Positions 47,082 to 56,319 of a stretch of DNA of 64,000 nucleotides are shown here, piece by piece. The position numbers were made by a program, and so were the translations under genes. This stretch comes from a virus: positions 64,001 through 128,000 of IMG/VR virus record IMGVR_UViG_3300020404_001578. One strand, written 5' to 3'. The notes below the pieces were generated by a model, which searched no databases, had not been told where the DNA came from, and saw only the letters and a list, made by a program, of their open reading frames with translations. The first letter of the stretch is position 1, and each line of letters starts with the position of its first letter.

Positions 47082-49219
47082 GCTTTCTTACCCCTTTTCT
47101 TTGCTATTTTTCTTTGGTGAGCATCATACATTGAGCCTTTGAAAGCATTAGGTATGATGAACCTTGTTGGTAGACTCTTTGTACTCTTGAATACGGGCAT
47201 CCCGTATACATCACCAAACTTAGCGAAGGCTTTCTTGAGTTCAGCACTACCCTTCATCAATGATATGGTTCTGTAGTTTTTGCCGTCTACGTTTGTATTG
47301 GCTGCTTGGAAGTGTGAAGTTGGTAATCGCATAAGCCATGGAACTTCTTCTCCGGAATCCTTGTGGGTCGCAGTATGTACGAATACGCCTCCGTAAGATT
47401 GCTTAGGTGGAACTAGTTTTGTTAGCCCTAGTTTGGTTTCGCCTTTGGTCTTACCAAGTTTGCGTTCTTCATCGGTGAGGTTCTTCTTTCTGGGAAACGT
47501 AAGTTTTGTCTTAGGGAATAGTTGAACATAAAGGAATTTTCCTCTTCCAAGTGGGACTTCTCCCCCATATCCCGGATTGTTCCGTGATTCTCTTGCTTTT
47601 CCTCTAACAAAATCATTTCCACTGGCAGGAATTCTGTCACGTGGTCTGCGATTGCGGTTTCCTCCGGCGCCGTCACGATTGCCGCCGTCACGATTGCCGC
47701 CGCCACCGCCGCCTTGACCCGGTCTGCCTCCGCTTCGGTTGTTACCTTGTTGGCGGTTTCCTCGGTCTTGACGACGCTCGTCTAATAGGCGTTGTTCTCC
47801 TTGGCGTTGTCTTTGGGTGTAGGAGTCATCTCCTAGACCGCCGGTTAAGTTCTTGAATTCATCTTCGGTAATCTTAACGAGTTTGTCTTTTGCTTTCATC
47901 CAACGGCCAATAGGCTTGGAGTTAGTTAGTGAAACAACTTCAGTGTAAACACCTTCTGCTAGATTCTTCATGTTAAGGGTGTTATCTTTCTTCAATGCTG
48001 CAGCAAGGCTTGGGTGGTACATCATAATGTGTTGCTTGGCAGGGTCATTCTTCCCACCTTTGAAGATAACAATCAATGGTTGGTGTCCAACATAGTTATC
48101 GTTTGTTGGGTCAAACATACCGACATAGCCTGTTTCTGGTTTGAAGTTGTAAGGTGGCTTCATTAGAATGTCAAGGTTGGTTCTCATAGTGAGAATGTCC
48201 CCTGCATCGTATGCAGCCACGGTTTGGAGCATCAATTCGTATGCACCGATAGGGTCGTGATTTTCATTGGTGGTTCTAAACGCATAGTTGCGACCATGTG
48301 CTTGAGTCATGGTTTTGATTTCCTTGACTACCGATGCTTCTTCGGGCAGTGGTGGTCGGTATCTACTGGTCAAAGATTGGTAGATTGCCCAACCTTCATC
48401 ACGGTGGACCAATGGTAATTCGTAGTAGTTGTATCGCTTGATACGCATACTTGCGATGATATCTCTGGCAAGTTTGAACATTCTGTTGAAGTTTGTTGTT
48501 GCCGTGTCAAGGTTCTGGTGAATGGTGAACCCATCTGTCATTAGGTTGTATACTAGGGAGCCTTTCTGTAATAGGTCCGCTTCGTTTCCTCCATGAACCA
48601 TACGGCGCATTAATTCCATGTGGTCACGGTCTTTCTCCCAATTGAATAAGAAATGGTGGATGATTGCCCTATCTTCTTCTGAAACTGATGCGTTTAATTC
48701 TGCACCTACGTCGGTCATGGTCATGTTGTCAATGTATTCTTTCCATGTACCTGCAGGAACTAGAGTAATCAGGTGTGAGTCACGGAAATCTGCTGCTCGG
48801 ATTCCTGCTCTTTCAAGACCACGGATGAATGGTCTTAGGATACCTCCGCCTCTTTCGCTACCTCTTACAAGACGCAATGCTCTCCATGGGATACCAAGTA
48901 GCGATTGCGCTAGTGATTCTTGTCTTGTTACTGGGTTAGATAGCAAGTAGTCCTCATTGGGGTCTTGCGTACCCATAATCATTTCATCGTCTGTAGTCGT
49001 TCCTAACATATCTTCATCATCCTCTATGTCTCTTTCTTCAATACTGAATGCTAATTCTCCGGGCGGTACTGGATTACTCCTTACCATCTTTGTCAGTCTT
49101 CGCCCATTATGGTTTGCAGTTAGTATTGTTGCTCCTGATGATGGGTTGGACATTACGGTATAATTATCGGTGCTTATTGCACCTCCTTCTGGCAAATTGA
49201 AAGTTTGAACTTGCCTCAC
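47078..49219 (-). CDS. Large protein with SNP motifs and RG-rich linker
   Basis: VMSNP, VRSNP, LLSNP and SRNNP motifs; GNRDG repeats. Confidence 0.7.
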   Translation of the reverse strand: MRQVQTFNLPEGGAISTDNYTVMSNPSSGATILTANHNGRRLTKMVRSNPVPPGELAFSIEERDIEDDEDMLGTTTDDEMIMGTQDPNEDYLLSNPVTRQESLAQSLLGIPWRALRLVRGSERGGGILRPFIRGLERAGIRAADFRDSHLITLVPAGTWKEYIDNMTMTDVGAELNASVSEEDRAIIHHFLFNWEKDRDHMELMRRMVHGGNEADLLQKGSLVYNLMTDGFTIHQNLDTATTNFNRMFKLARDIIASMRIKRYNYYELPLVHRDEGWAIYQSLTSRYRPPLPEEASVVKEIKTMTQAHGRNYAFRTTNENHDPIGAYELMLQTVAAYDAGDILTMRTNLDILMKPPYNFKPETGYVGMFDPTNDNYVGHQPLIVIFKGGKNDPAKQHIMMYHPSLAAALKKDNTLNMKNLAEGVYTEVVSLTNSKPIGRWMKAKDKLVKITEDEFKNLTGGLGDDSYTQRQRQGEQRLLDERRQDRGNRQQGNNRSGGRPGQGGGGGGNRDGGNRDGAGGNRNRRPRDRIPASGNDFVRGKARESRNNPGYGGEVPLGRGKFLYVQLFPKTKLTFPRKKNLTDEERKLGKTKGETKLGLTKLVPPKQSYGGVFVHTATHKDSGEEVPWLMRLPTSHFQAANTNVDGKNYRTISLMKGSAELKKAFAKFGDVYGMPVFKSTKSLPTRFIIPNAFKGSMYDAHQRKIAKKRGKKA

Positions 49220-50763
49220 TTACGCCGCCTCCCTTTAAGCCCACGGATACCTGCCATTAAGCCCTTTCCTTGCTTTTTGCCTTTGTTAAGAAAACTTGTA
49301 AGTGATTTCTTTTTTGTTTTGGGTGATTTTACGCTAACTGGTTCGGTTTTGAGTTTGCTGCCTGAGCGCATTTTCATTACAGCCAATACGCCTCCTAGTG
49401 CCATTAAACCGATTACAGGGTATGCTACGTACGATTGAAAATATCCTCCGTATGTTGGTTGTACTGTGATTAATTGTCCTCCGGGTTTTCCACCTGTGGT
49501 GCTTCTAAGTATTGCAGCAGATTTGTCTGCATTGTTTGATGCAAACGCTTGTTGGTTCTCCATTAGTTTCTCAATTTGACTACGATAGTAAACCTTTGAT
49601 TGTTCAAGTGCGTTAGTATCGCCTCCAAACGAGCCTGATGTTAGCATATTGACTTGACGCAAAAGCATGGCTCCATCTTCTGGGTTGAGCATACCTTGAC
49701 CTTGAGCGGTCTGTAGGTTCTCAGCCAGTACATCAGCCACTTTTTGTGGAGGGTCGTCAAGTGTTACTGTAGGGAAGGCACCGCCTAAGCCCCTAGCCGA
49801 AGCACGACTAGGGGCGCTTAGAAAAGGTCGGCCACCACCTCTTATTGAGGGATAACGCTTCCCCGGTAAATCACCGAATCCATAGAAGGCTCTTGTTTGA
49901 CGCTTAGGTGACATAAACTGTCCTCCACCTAAGTTATCTCGGAATTGCAGGCTATCTACTACTTTACGGATAGTGTCAAGGTGTTTGTCAATAACCGCAA
50001 TCTTTTGATTACGTAGTGCAGTGTTAAACGACCCCGCATCAGACTTTAGTTCAGTAAGAATCCTTAGTACTTCACCAGATGCTTTAGCAACAACAACACG
50101 TTCATTGTTGTTTAGTTTATCTTCAACCATCTTAATTTGTGATGCTAAGGATAGTCTTTCAGCAGCCTTTTCTTCAACAAGGTTCTGTAGGTTCTTTTGC
50201 ATGGTATAGTTTGCATACTTTGAGAACCTGTCATTTAGTGCTGCAAATGTCTGGTCAATGTGGGCCATGTGTGCTTGGGCAAAAGATGGTGATGGGTTTG
50301 CCTTGAATGCCTTTTCTACATTCAACAGTACATCTTCAAGTTGGAAATCAAGTTTCTTTTTGTCTACTGATGGTAGAGTTGAAATCTGGGCCGAATAGAT
50401 TGCAGTGAATCTTTCAAGGTGCCTTTGAGCGTGTGCAAGTACTGCTGCCCACTGTGGGTCGTTAGTGATAGGTACTTGGGGCAAAGCACTACCTAGTCCA
50501 ACGGCCTTTTGTTTGACTTTCTCATTTAGAAGAAGTTCAATGCGAATTTTAGTTCTATGGAAATCATTTGCTATTCTTTCCATGCTAGCCTCTGGTCTGG
50601 TAATGTATCTTTGATGCACATCAACAAGGCTATCTATTTCCTTCTGAACGTCATCTAGGAAGCCAGTACCTTTGTACTGACCCATTCCTCTACTATCTAT
50701 CATATGCTCTACCTCACCGGCAAAGCGTTCTAATGCTCCTTCATATACTGCTGCTCTTATCAT
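49216..50763 (-). CDS. Coiled-coil virion protein with LG motifs and C-terminal TM
   Basis: AVGLG, DNLGG, YGFG and RGLGG motifs; TM followed by a basic tail. Confidence 0.7.
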   Translation of the reverse strand: MIRAAVYEGALERFAGEVEHMIDSRGMGQYKGTGFLDDVQKEIDSLVDVHQRYITRPEASMERIANDFHRTKIRIELLLNEKVKQKAVGLGSALPQVPITNDPQWAAVLAHAQRHLERFTAIYSAQISTLPSVDKKKLDFQLEDVLLNVEKAFKANPSPSFAQAHMAHIDQTFAALNDRFSKYANYTMQKNLQNLVEEKAAERLSLASQIKMVEDKLNNNERVVVAKASGEVLRILTELKSDAGSFNTALRNQKIAVIDKHLDTIRKVVDSLQFRDNLGGGQFMSPKRQTRAFYGFGDLPGKRYPSIRGGGRPFLSAPSRASARGLGGAFPTVTLDDPPQKVADVLAENLQTAQGQGMLNPEDGAMLLRQVNMLTSGSFGGDTNALEQSKVYYRSQIEKLMENQQAFASNNADKSAAILRSTTGGKPGGQLITVQPTYGGYFQSYVAYPVIGLMALGGVLAVMKMRSGSKLKTEPVSVKSPKTKKKSLTSFLNKGKKQGKGLMAGIRGLKGRRRK

Positions 50764-50793
50764 TCTGGCCCCGTTCCTGCGATTATCTATTTT

Positions 50794-50803
50794 TATATCA
50801 AGT
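50794..50803 (-). promoter_or_regulatory. Class II promoter box ACTTGATATA
   Basis: Identical to 19169-19178; about 30 nt before ATG 50763. Confidence 0.5.
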
Positions 50804-50808
50804 CATTG

Positions 50809-51093
50809 CTACTTTCTACCTATTGCATTTGGTATTACCATTATGGCATCTGCACCTACTTTGATTGCTGTACCTGCCATATTCACTGCTCCTTTAGCAA
50901 TGTCTACTGGTAATCTAATATATCTCCCTATTACTCTAGGGTCTTTTATTACAATGTATGCAGCACCTAAGCCTAAAGCACCAATCAATGTCCACTTGAA
51001 TATTGTTTGCGCATTGTCCTTAATGGATTCTGCTGAGTCCCCAATCCAATTCATTGGGTTGAATGAAAATCCCAGATTACTATAGCCGGACAA
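50809..51093 (-). CDS. Small membrane protein with SNLG-FSF leader
   Basis: 94 aa, one TM. Confidence 0.65.
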   Translation of the reverse strand: MSGYSNLGFSFNPMNWIGDSAESIKDNAQTIFKWTLIGALGLGAAYIVIKDPRVIGRYIRLPVDIAKGAVNMAGTAIKVGADAIMVIPNAIGRK

Positions 51094-51107
51094 GTTAGGT
51101 CTGGGTC

Positions 51108-54100
51108 CTACCTGCCCTCTTGAAAATCTGGTTCAGTCATTATGTGTCCACGCTTCTTTGCGACGTTACTTCTAGCGTATGCGGAGCCGAACTGTGGAAT
51201 GCGGGGGCGTGCTTTCACAGTAGAAGGTCTTGGTTGAGATTGTGTGAACCAGCCCAAGTTAGCACTTGTTGGTTCGTGTGGGTTAATCAAGAATATCTCT
51301 TGGATATCTGTCTTTTCTCCTGTTATTGGCTTTCTTGCACCGCCGAGAGATGTTACTCTGTCGCCGGCATACTTGTTGCTTACGTCTTCTATTGTGTGGT
51401 TATTCATTCCGCTAAGGCCCCCTAGTGGTATTTTCTTTCCGACTGGTAGCAAGGTCTTTGCTCTTATCTTGCTATCAGTTTGGAATGGTTTTGGTCTGAG
51501 GAAATCAAATATTCCCCAGTTATCTTGCTTCGGTGGTTCCGCTTCCGCAGGTGCTTGTACCGAATCGTGGTATGCTTGGTGGCTAACTTCTACCATCTTG
51601 TCTGGTATTTGTCCTGCCGTGAGTAAAGATTCAGAAGGCGACATTCCACCGCTAAGTGCAGCAAGTTGCTCTCTAATTTCTCCTGAAAGATTGATTTTCT
51701 GTTTCGCATCATACCTAAGTGAGTTAGTGCCTACAAAGTATACTAAAGCCTCTCCTGCTGCATTGTCTTTTATTGATTTCTCTGTTGTTTTCCAATCACC
51801 TGCTACTTCTTCAAAGTCTAGTACTGGTCCTGCCCAGTTAGTGGGTACTTCTACAATACCGATTGAATACGGGAATGAAAACTCTTGGCCTTGCATTGAA
51901 ACAAGATAATTGAGTGGGTTATCTGGGTCGGCACCTTCAAGTCCGGGGATTGTGTTTCCTTCTTTGTCTTTCATTCCTGCATTAATGTCATAGAACCATT
52001 GTGTACTCAAATCAATACCAAATACCTCTTTCCATGCCATCTTTACATTTGCTTCCACGGCTCTTTTGTTGAATACTAAGTCTATGTCATCTTCTAAATC
52101 AGCCGTAGTAATAACATCCACTAATTTCAGTAAGTCACTATCTTTACTTCCTCCCATGTTGTTTGTTCGCTTTAATCCATAATTTTCAATGTGTATATCT
52201 ACTGCTAACTTATTGGGTTTGGTTGTTAGGCCTAAGTATGCTCCCTTTTGGAAACCAGTAAGTGCTTGTCCGATAACAACCAATTTACATCCGGGTGAAA
52301 ACTCTCCTTCTTTCCAGTATATGTTAGAGAAGTTTGGTTGAGTAAGGTACGCTTGCTTGGCAACATCTGTAATAGCAAATGTTTGTGTGTCAGCGATATG
52401 CATAGCATTATGCTTGCCTCTTCTCAAACAACATACTACTCCGCTATAGTCTGGTGCGCCTTGTAGTGTTGTGTTGCCTACTGTAACTGTTGCTGATGTG
52501 CGTTGTCCGTCTTGAATAACTTCTGGTCTTCCTACGATATTGTAAATCACTCCCTTTTTACTATTGTAGGTTGGGTAACAATGTGCGGTCCCTCCATTCT
52601 TTGAGTTAGACGACATACTAAATCCTTCCCAGTGTTTCAAATCTGGGTCTTTGGAGGATAGTTGTCTTGGGAATCTAAAGTACACTACAAACTTGCCATC
52701 GCCTTTGATTTCTGGGTCATATGGTGGGTGTCGTCCTAAAGTCCACTTGCCTGTTTTTGGATTGTACCATTCTACCTTGACTGCTAATCTGCGTACGTCT
52801 TTGTTGCTGTAATTGCCATTGGATTCGTTTGCTTTGTTACCTTCTGGGTCTGAACTTGGCATACCGGCAATTGCCTTTGGTAGTTTGTACCTAAATTGTT
52901 TAGATGGACCTATGGCTGCATCAATAACCGTTCCTGCAGGCCATTTTGCATTCAAACGTTTTTTCTCATTAGATTCTTTTACTTGATTAGGGAATCTGGT
53001 TGCATTCATTTGTTGCATGAACCAAATCTTTTCCCTTGATACTTTTCCTTTAGACCAATGGTATTCGGGGTTACCCGGCGCACGAACTTCGGGTACTACT
53101 GTGTCTACTGCCTTCTTGACGAATTTTGTTGTACTCTTTGCGGCTTTCTTGATGCCCTTTCCTGCTTTCTTAATGCCCTTCTTTAATTTCTTGAATAACC
53201 CTAAGTTAGAGAAATCACCAACTGCTTGGTCGTATGCTAACAACTGTTCATCACTGATGTTTCCTATACCATCAAAGACTCGGTTTTTAGATTTGCTATC
53301 TCCAAATCTAACTTGTCCTGTAAGTGAATCGTCGTCGTGATAAATCATCTGTCCAACCATTGCAATTGGGATTGCGGACCCCATTCTATAGTTAGGCTTG
53401 GTGATTGCGTGCCATCCAAAATTATTGTCGTCTGAAAAGTCAGCGTAGTAATATCCTGCTCTAAATGCGTGTAGCGCAGTAGGATATGAAACCCATGCGG
53501 GTCCAATAGGTTTGGTTGGTCCGCCTTTAGCAAAAGTGGAAGTCTTACCAGTATATCCATGTCGCTTGAAGGAATGCTTGCTTAATTTACCGTCCCAGAA
53601 TTCTCGGTCCCCGACCGTGGTCTTTCCTTTTGCTTTGAACTGTAATTCGTTTTGTGGTATGAAACCTAAGTTTCCTAGCGTTGGACTAATCATTGTGTTA
53701 GGTGTTCTAGTTCTTGACAACTGCAGCGAGTTGTTTGCGATGAACCTTCTTTCCTCATCTGTTAATTGTGAGCCATCAACGTCAGATGGAATAGATGTAG
53801 CCAAGGCAATCTTTAGACCAACTAACTTAGGTAATGGGATTCGTACAGTAAAGGAACCTTCACCAGTACGAACAGGTCTAATAAACAACAATGATTCTAC
53901 TCCACTAGATACGTGAGAACCCACTAGGATTGCATTCCCATCCCCTAGTGTCTTGTAATGAATAGTAATATCTTCGTCAGTAACGAAAGTTTGTTTGTTC
54001 TTTTTCCATCTACCGGCTTCGTATAGAGTGTGTACTCTACCTCCTCCTTCGTGTTGGAATCCTAAATACATCAATGTCAATGGTCGGCCTGTAGGCAAGG

Positions 54101-54176
54101 AAGTGCTTACGTTTCCTATAGACCCGAATCTACGGTGTCTACGGGACTGACGGGCCTGCCTTGCTGCACGATTCAT
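51108..54176 (-). CDS. Large virion protein with multiple NLG motifs and an internal amphipathic helix
   Basis: GNLG-FI, SNLG-LFKKLKK, ANLG-WF. Confidence 0.7.
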   Translation of the reverse strand: MNRAARQARQSRRHRRFGSIGNVSTSLPTGRPLTLMYLGFQHEGGGRVHTLYEAGRWKKNKQTFVTDEDITIHYKTLGDGNAILVGSHVSSGVESLLFIRPVRTGEGSFTVRIPLPKLVGLKIALATSIPSDVDGSQLTDEERRFIANNSLQLSRTRTPNTMISPTLGNLGFIPQNELQFKAKGKTTVGDREFWDGKLSKHSFKRHGYTGKTSTFAKGGPTKPIGPAWVSYPTALHAFRAGYYYADFSDDNNFGWHAITKPNYRMGSAIPIAMVGQMIYHDDDSLTGQVRFGDSKSKNRVFDGIGNISDEQLLAYDQAVGDFSNLGLFKKLKKGIKKAGKGIKKAAKSTTKFVKKAVDTVVPEVRAPGNPEYHWSKGKVSREKIWFMQQMNATRFPNQVKESNEKKRLNAKWPAGTVIDAAIGPSKQFRYKLPKAIAGMPSSDPEGNKANESNGNYSNKDVRRLAVKVEWYNPKTGKWTLGRHPPYDPEIKGDGKFVVYFRFPRQLSSKDPDLKHWEGFSMSSNSKNGGTAHCYPTYNSKKGVIYNIVGRPEVIQDGQRTSATVTVGNTTLQGAPDYSGVVCCLRRGKHNAMHIADTQTFAITDVAKQAYLTQPNFSNIYWKEGEFSPGCKLVVIGQALTGFQKGAYLGLTTKPNKLAVDIHIENYGLKRTNNMGGSKDSDLLKLVDVITTADLEDDIDLVFNKRAVEANVKMAWKEVFGIDLSTQWFYDINAGMKDKEGNTIPGLEGADPDNPLNYLVSMQGQEFSFPYSIGIVEVPTNWAGPVLDFEEVAGDWKTTEKSIKDNAAGEALVYFVGTNSLRYDAKQKINLSGEIREQLAALSGGMSPSESLLTAGQIPDKMVEVSHQAYHDSVQAPAEAEPPKQDNWGIFDFLRPKPFQTDSKIRAKTLLPVGKKIPLGGLSGMNNHTIEDVSNKYAGDRVTSLGGARKPITGEKTDIQEIFLINPHEPTSANLGWFTQSQPRPSTVKARPRIPQFGSAYARSNVAKKRGHIMTEPDFQEGR

Positions 54177-56317
54177 CGGGTCATCCTCTCCATCGCAGAC
54201 CTAGTGCGAGGGAAGATGCCGGCAAGGGACTGTCTGTTTTCAACACGTTCCTGACTTTTCTTGAGCCGTTCTTCCTCCGCAATTCTTTGCTTATCATAGA
54301 AAGCCCGACGTTCAGCCGTCAATTGGCGTACTGCGGGTAGTTGTTTTGATTTCCTACTACGGATAGTGGCTGCAATACCTAATGCTCTTGCATGACCAAG
54401 TTCTGCAATAGTGACCTTCTTTTGAACAAATCTTGGGTTACCTACTATTTGCATGAACTGTGCTTCAGCCTCTTGTTTTGTTTTAATTTGACCAACCGCA
54501 TATTTGTTTACCAACTTACGAAGTGATTCTTTGCCTGCTGCACTAAATTCCATGCCTTGCATTGCCAAGAAGTACTTTTCATATTCATTGATACCCTGTT
54601 GCATTCCTGCAACATCTCGCTTTATCATATCTCCTCCCTTTGGAGTATGTGCTTGTTTTAACGTTCTATAGATACGAGTCTTGGCTTCGTCAAATGGAAT
54701 CTGACGCTTGTCAAATTGTCTGATGATTGCTTTTGCTTTGTTGATGCCCTCTCCAGAAACATGGCCAGATTGGTTAAGTTCCATTAGTTTGTTAGACAGA
54801 CACTTCTCAAGTGATTTGGTTTCAGAAAGGTTCTCCTTGTTTTCTTGGTATAGTCTACTTGGATTTAGATTACCAATTTGGTCGGATACTACTTGTAGTT
54901 CACCTTGTAAGTTCATTTCCTGTTGCTTGAGTTTTCTAGCAATTGCGCCTAATGAGTTTGCTTCATTCTCAAGTTTAGAAAGTTCTTGCATATTGTCACG
55001 GTGGTTGTCAGCAAGGGTATCATCTCTACGGATAGCACCTAGATTCGCTTCACCTAATTTGAATGACCTTCTATAAGTTGAAATTCTTGACTTGATTGGT
55101 GATAGTCTGTTTGCCACACTTTGTTGTTTAGCACGAACCTTGGCTAGATGTTCTTCAAGTTGTTTTGCTTGGAGTACTGCGGCACTACGGCTCTTGGAAA
55201 TATTTGCTTTCAACATTCTAAGGCGTTGTTGAGATATTGAATCACTTTTCATCTTTGCAGCAGAACGACGGGCTGCAATGTTGCGGAGTCTTGCTTGTTG
55301 TGCAGCAAATGCTTTCCTGCGCTCAATTTCCTGTTTCACCTTTTGTTGGTTTTGAATTGCAACTGCCTTAGGTCTAGGTCTGTTGATTCTTGATGGTGTT
55401 CTTCTAACAATCGGGCGGCGCACTGTGCCTCGTCTTGCTCTCATTCTGTCCATAGATGCTTTTCGTGCAGCCATGTATCGGTCGTAGACTGGTTTAGAAA
55501 CACGCATTGGTTTTCCAGATTTACTTGGGATAACGTACGTTTGCCTTCTACTAGAGCGACTGATGATTCTTCTTGCGTCCTTAGGGGTGGGTCCCACACG
55601 ACTACGACTTGCTCTTTGCTTCTGTTGTTCCAAATATCTTCGGCGCATCATTGCAATACGAGCATTCTGTTGCTGTAATCTATTCTTATTGAGTTGTGAT
55701 TGAGCAACCTTTGCGTTTCTTGCTTGAACGGATGCTTCTTGAGATAATGCCCTTCTTTTACTAGGTGAGCGAGTTCTTCTAGACATACGCTTGAACATCC
55801 TAGACATTCTAGAAGGACGCTTGATAATACTACGTGCCTTTCTGACTGGACTTTGAGGCATACGACGAACATATCCTCGGCGTGGTGAACGGCGAACAAC
55901 TCTTTTGATTTGTGGGGGTTTTGGTGAAGGCTTTGCTACATTGAATGGTTTGGCAGCCTTTGATTGTTGGAGTCTGTTATTCTTTGCTGCAATGGATGCT
56001 TGAATGCTTCTACGCAGTGGTACTCTTCTTCTTCTTTGTCTACGAATGGGTCTAACTTTGGTAGGCATTCTGTACCTCATGTACTTATTGCGCTTGGAAT
56101 ATTTTATGGCAGGAGAGTTTTGTAAATCAATTCGCAACTCCTTTGCTTTGGCTGATTGAGTTGCAGCAATACGTCTTGCTTCACTGAGATTATCCACACG
56201 GCGATTCATAATGTCCCTACGAATCTTTGCACTTCTTTTCTCAAGTTGATGAATTGCACTTTTTGCTGCTTTGACTTCTCTGGGAGTGTTAGGTGGTCGT
56301 ACTGGAATCTTTGCCAT
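54173..56317 (-). CDS. Highly basic Arg/Ser-rich protein with coiled coil (core protein candidate)
   Basis: Start MAKIP at 56317; R/K/S-rich N-terminal half; ANLG, NSLG and AELG motifs. Confidence 0.7.
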   Translation of the reverse strand: MAKIPVRPPNTPREVKAAKSAIHQLEKRSAKIRRDIMNRRVDNLSEARRIAATQSAKAKELRIDLQNSPAIKYSKRNKYMRYRMPTKVRPIRRQRRRRVPLRRSIQASIAAKNNRLQQSKAAKPFNVAKPSPKPPQIKRVVRRSPRRGYVRRMPQSPVRKARSIIKRPSRMSRMFKRMSRRTRSPSKRRALSQEASVQARNAKVAQSQLNKNRLQQQNARIAMMRRRYLEQQKQRASRSRVGPTPKDARRIISRSSRRQTYVIPSKSGKPMRVSKPVYDRYMAARKASMDRMRARRGTVRRPIVRRTPSRINRPRPKAVAIQNQQKVKQEIERRKAFAAQQARLRNIAARRSAAKMKSDSISQQRLRMLKANISKSRSAAVLQAKQLEEHLAKVRAKQQSVANRLSPIKSRISTYRRSFKLGEANLGAIRRDDTLADNHRDNMQELSKLENEANSLGAIARKLKQQEMNLQGELQVVSDQIGNLNPSRLYQENKENLSETKSLEKCLSNKLMELNQSGHVSGEGINKAKAIIRQFDKRQIPFDEAKTRIYRTLKQAHTPKGGDMIKRDVAGMQQGINEYEKYFLAMQGMEFSAAGKESLRKLVNKYAVGQIKTKQEAEAQFMQIVGNPRFVQKKVTIAELGHARALGIAATIRSRKSKQLPAVRQLTAERRAFYDKQRIAEEERLKKSQERVENRQSLAGIFPRTRSAMERMTR

Positions 56318-56319
56318 GT

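Noticed and set aside
23059-49219. NP motifs as picornaviral 2A StopGo (DxExNPGP) ribosome-skipping sites
   Set aside because: Only a few are NPG, none is NPGP, and the upstream DxEx is absent.
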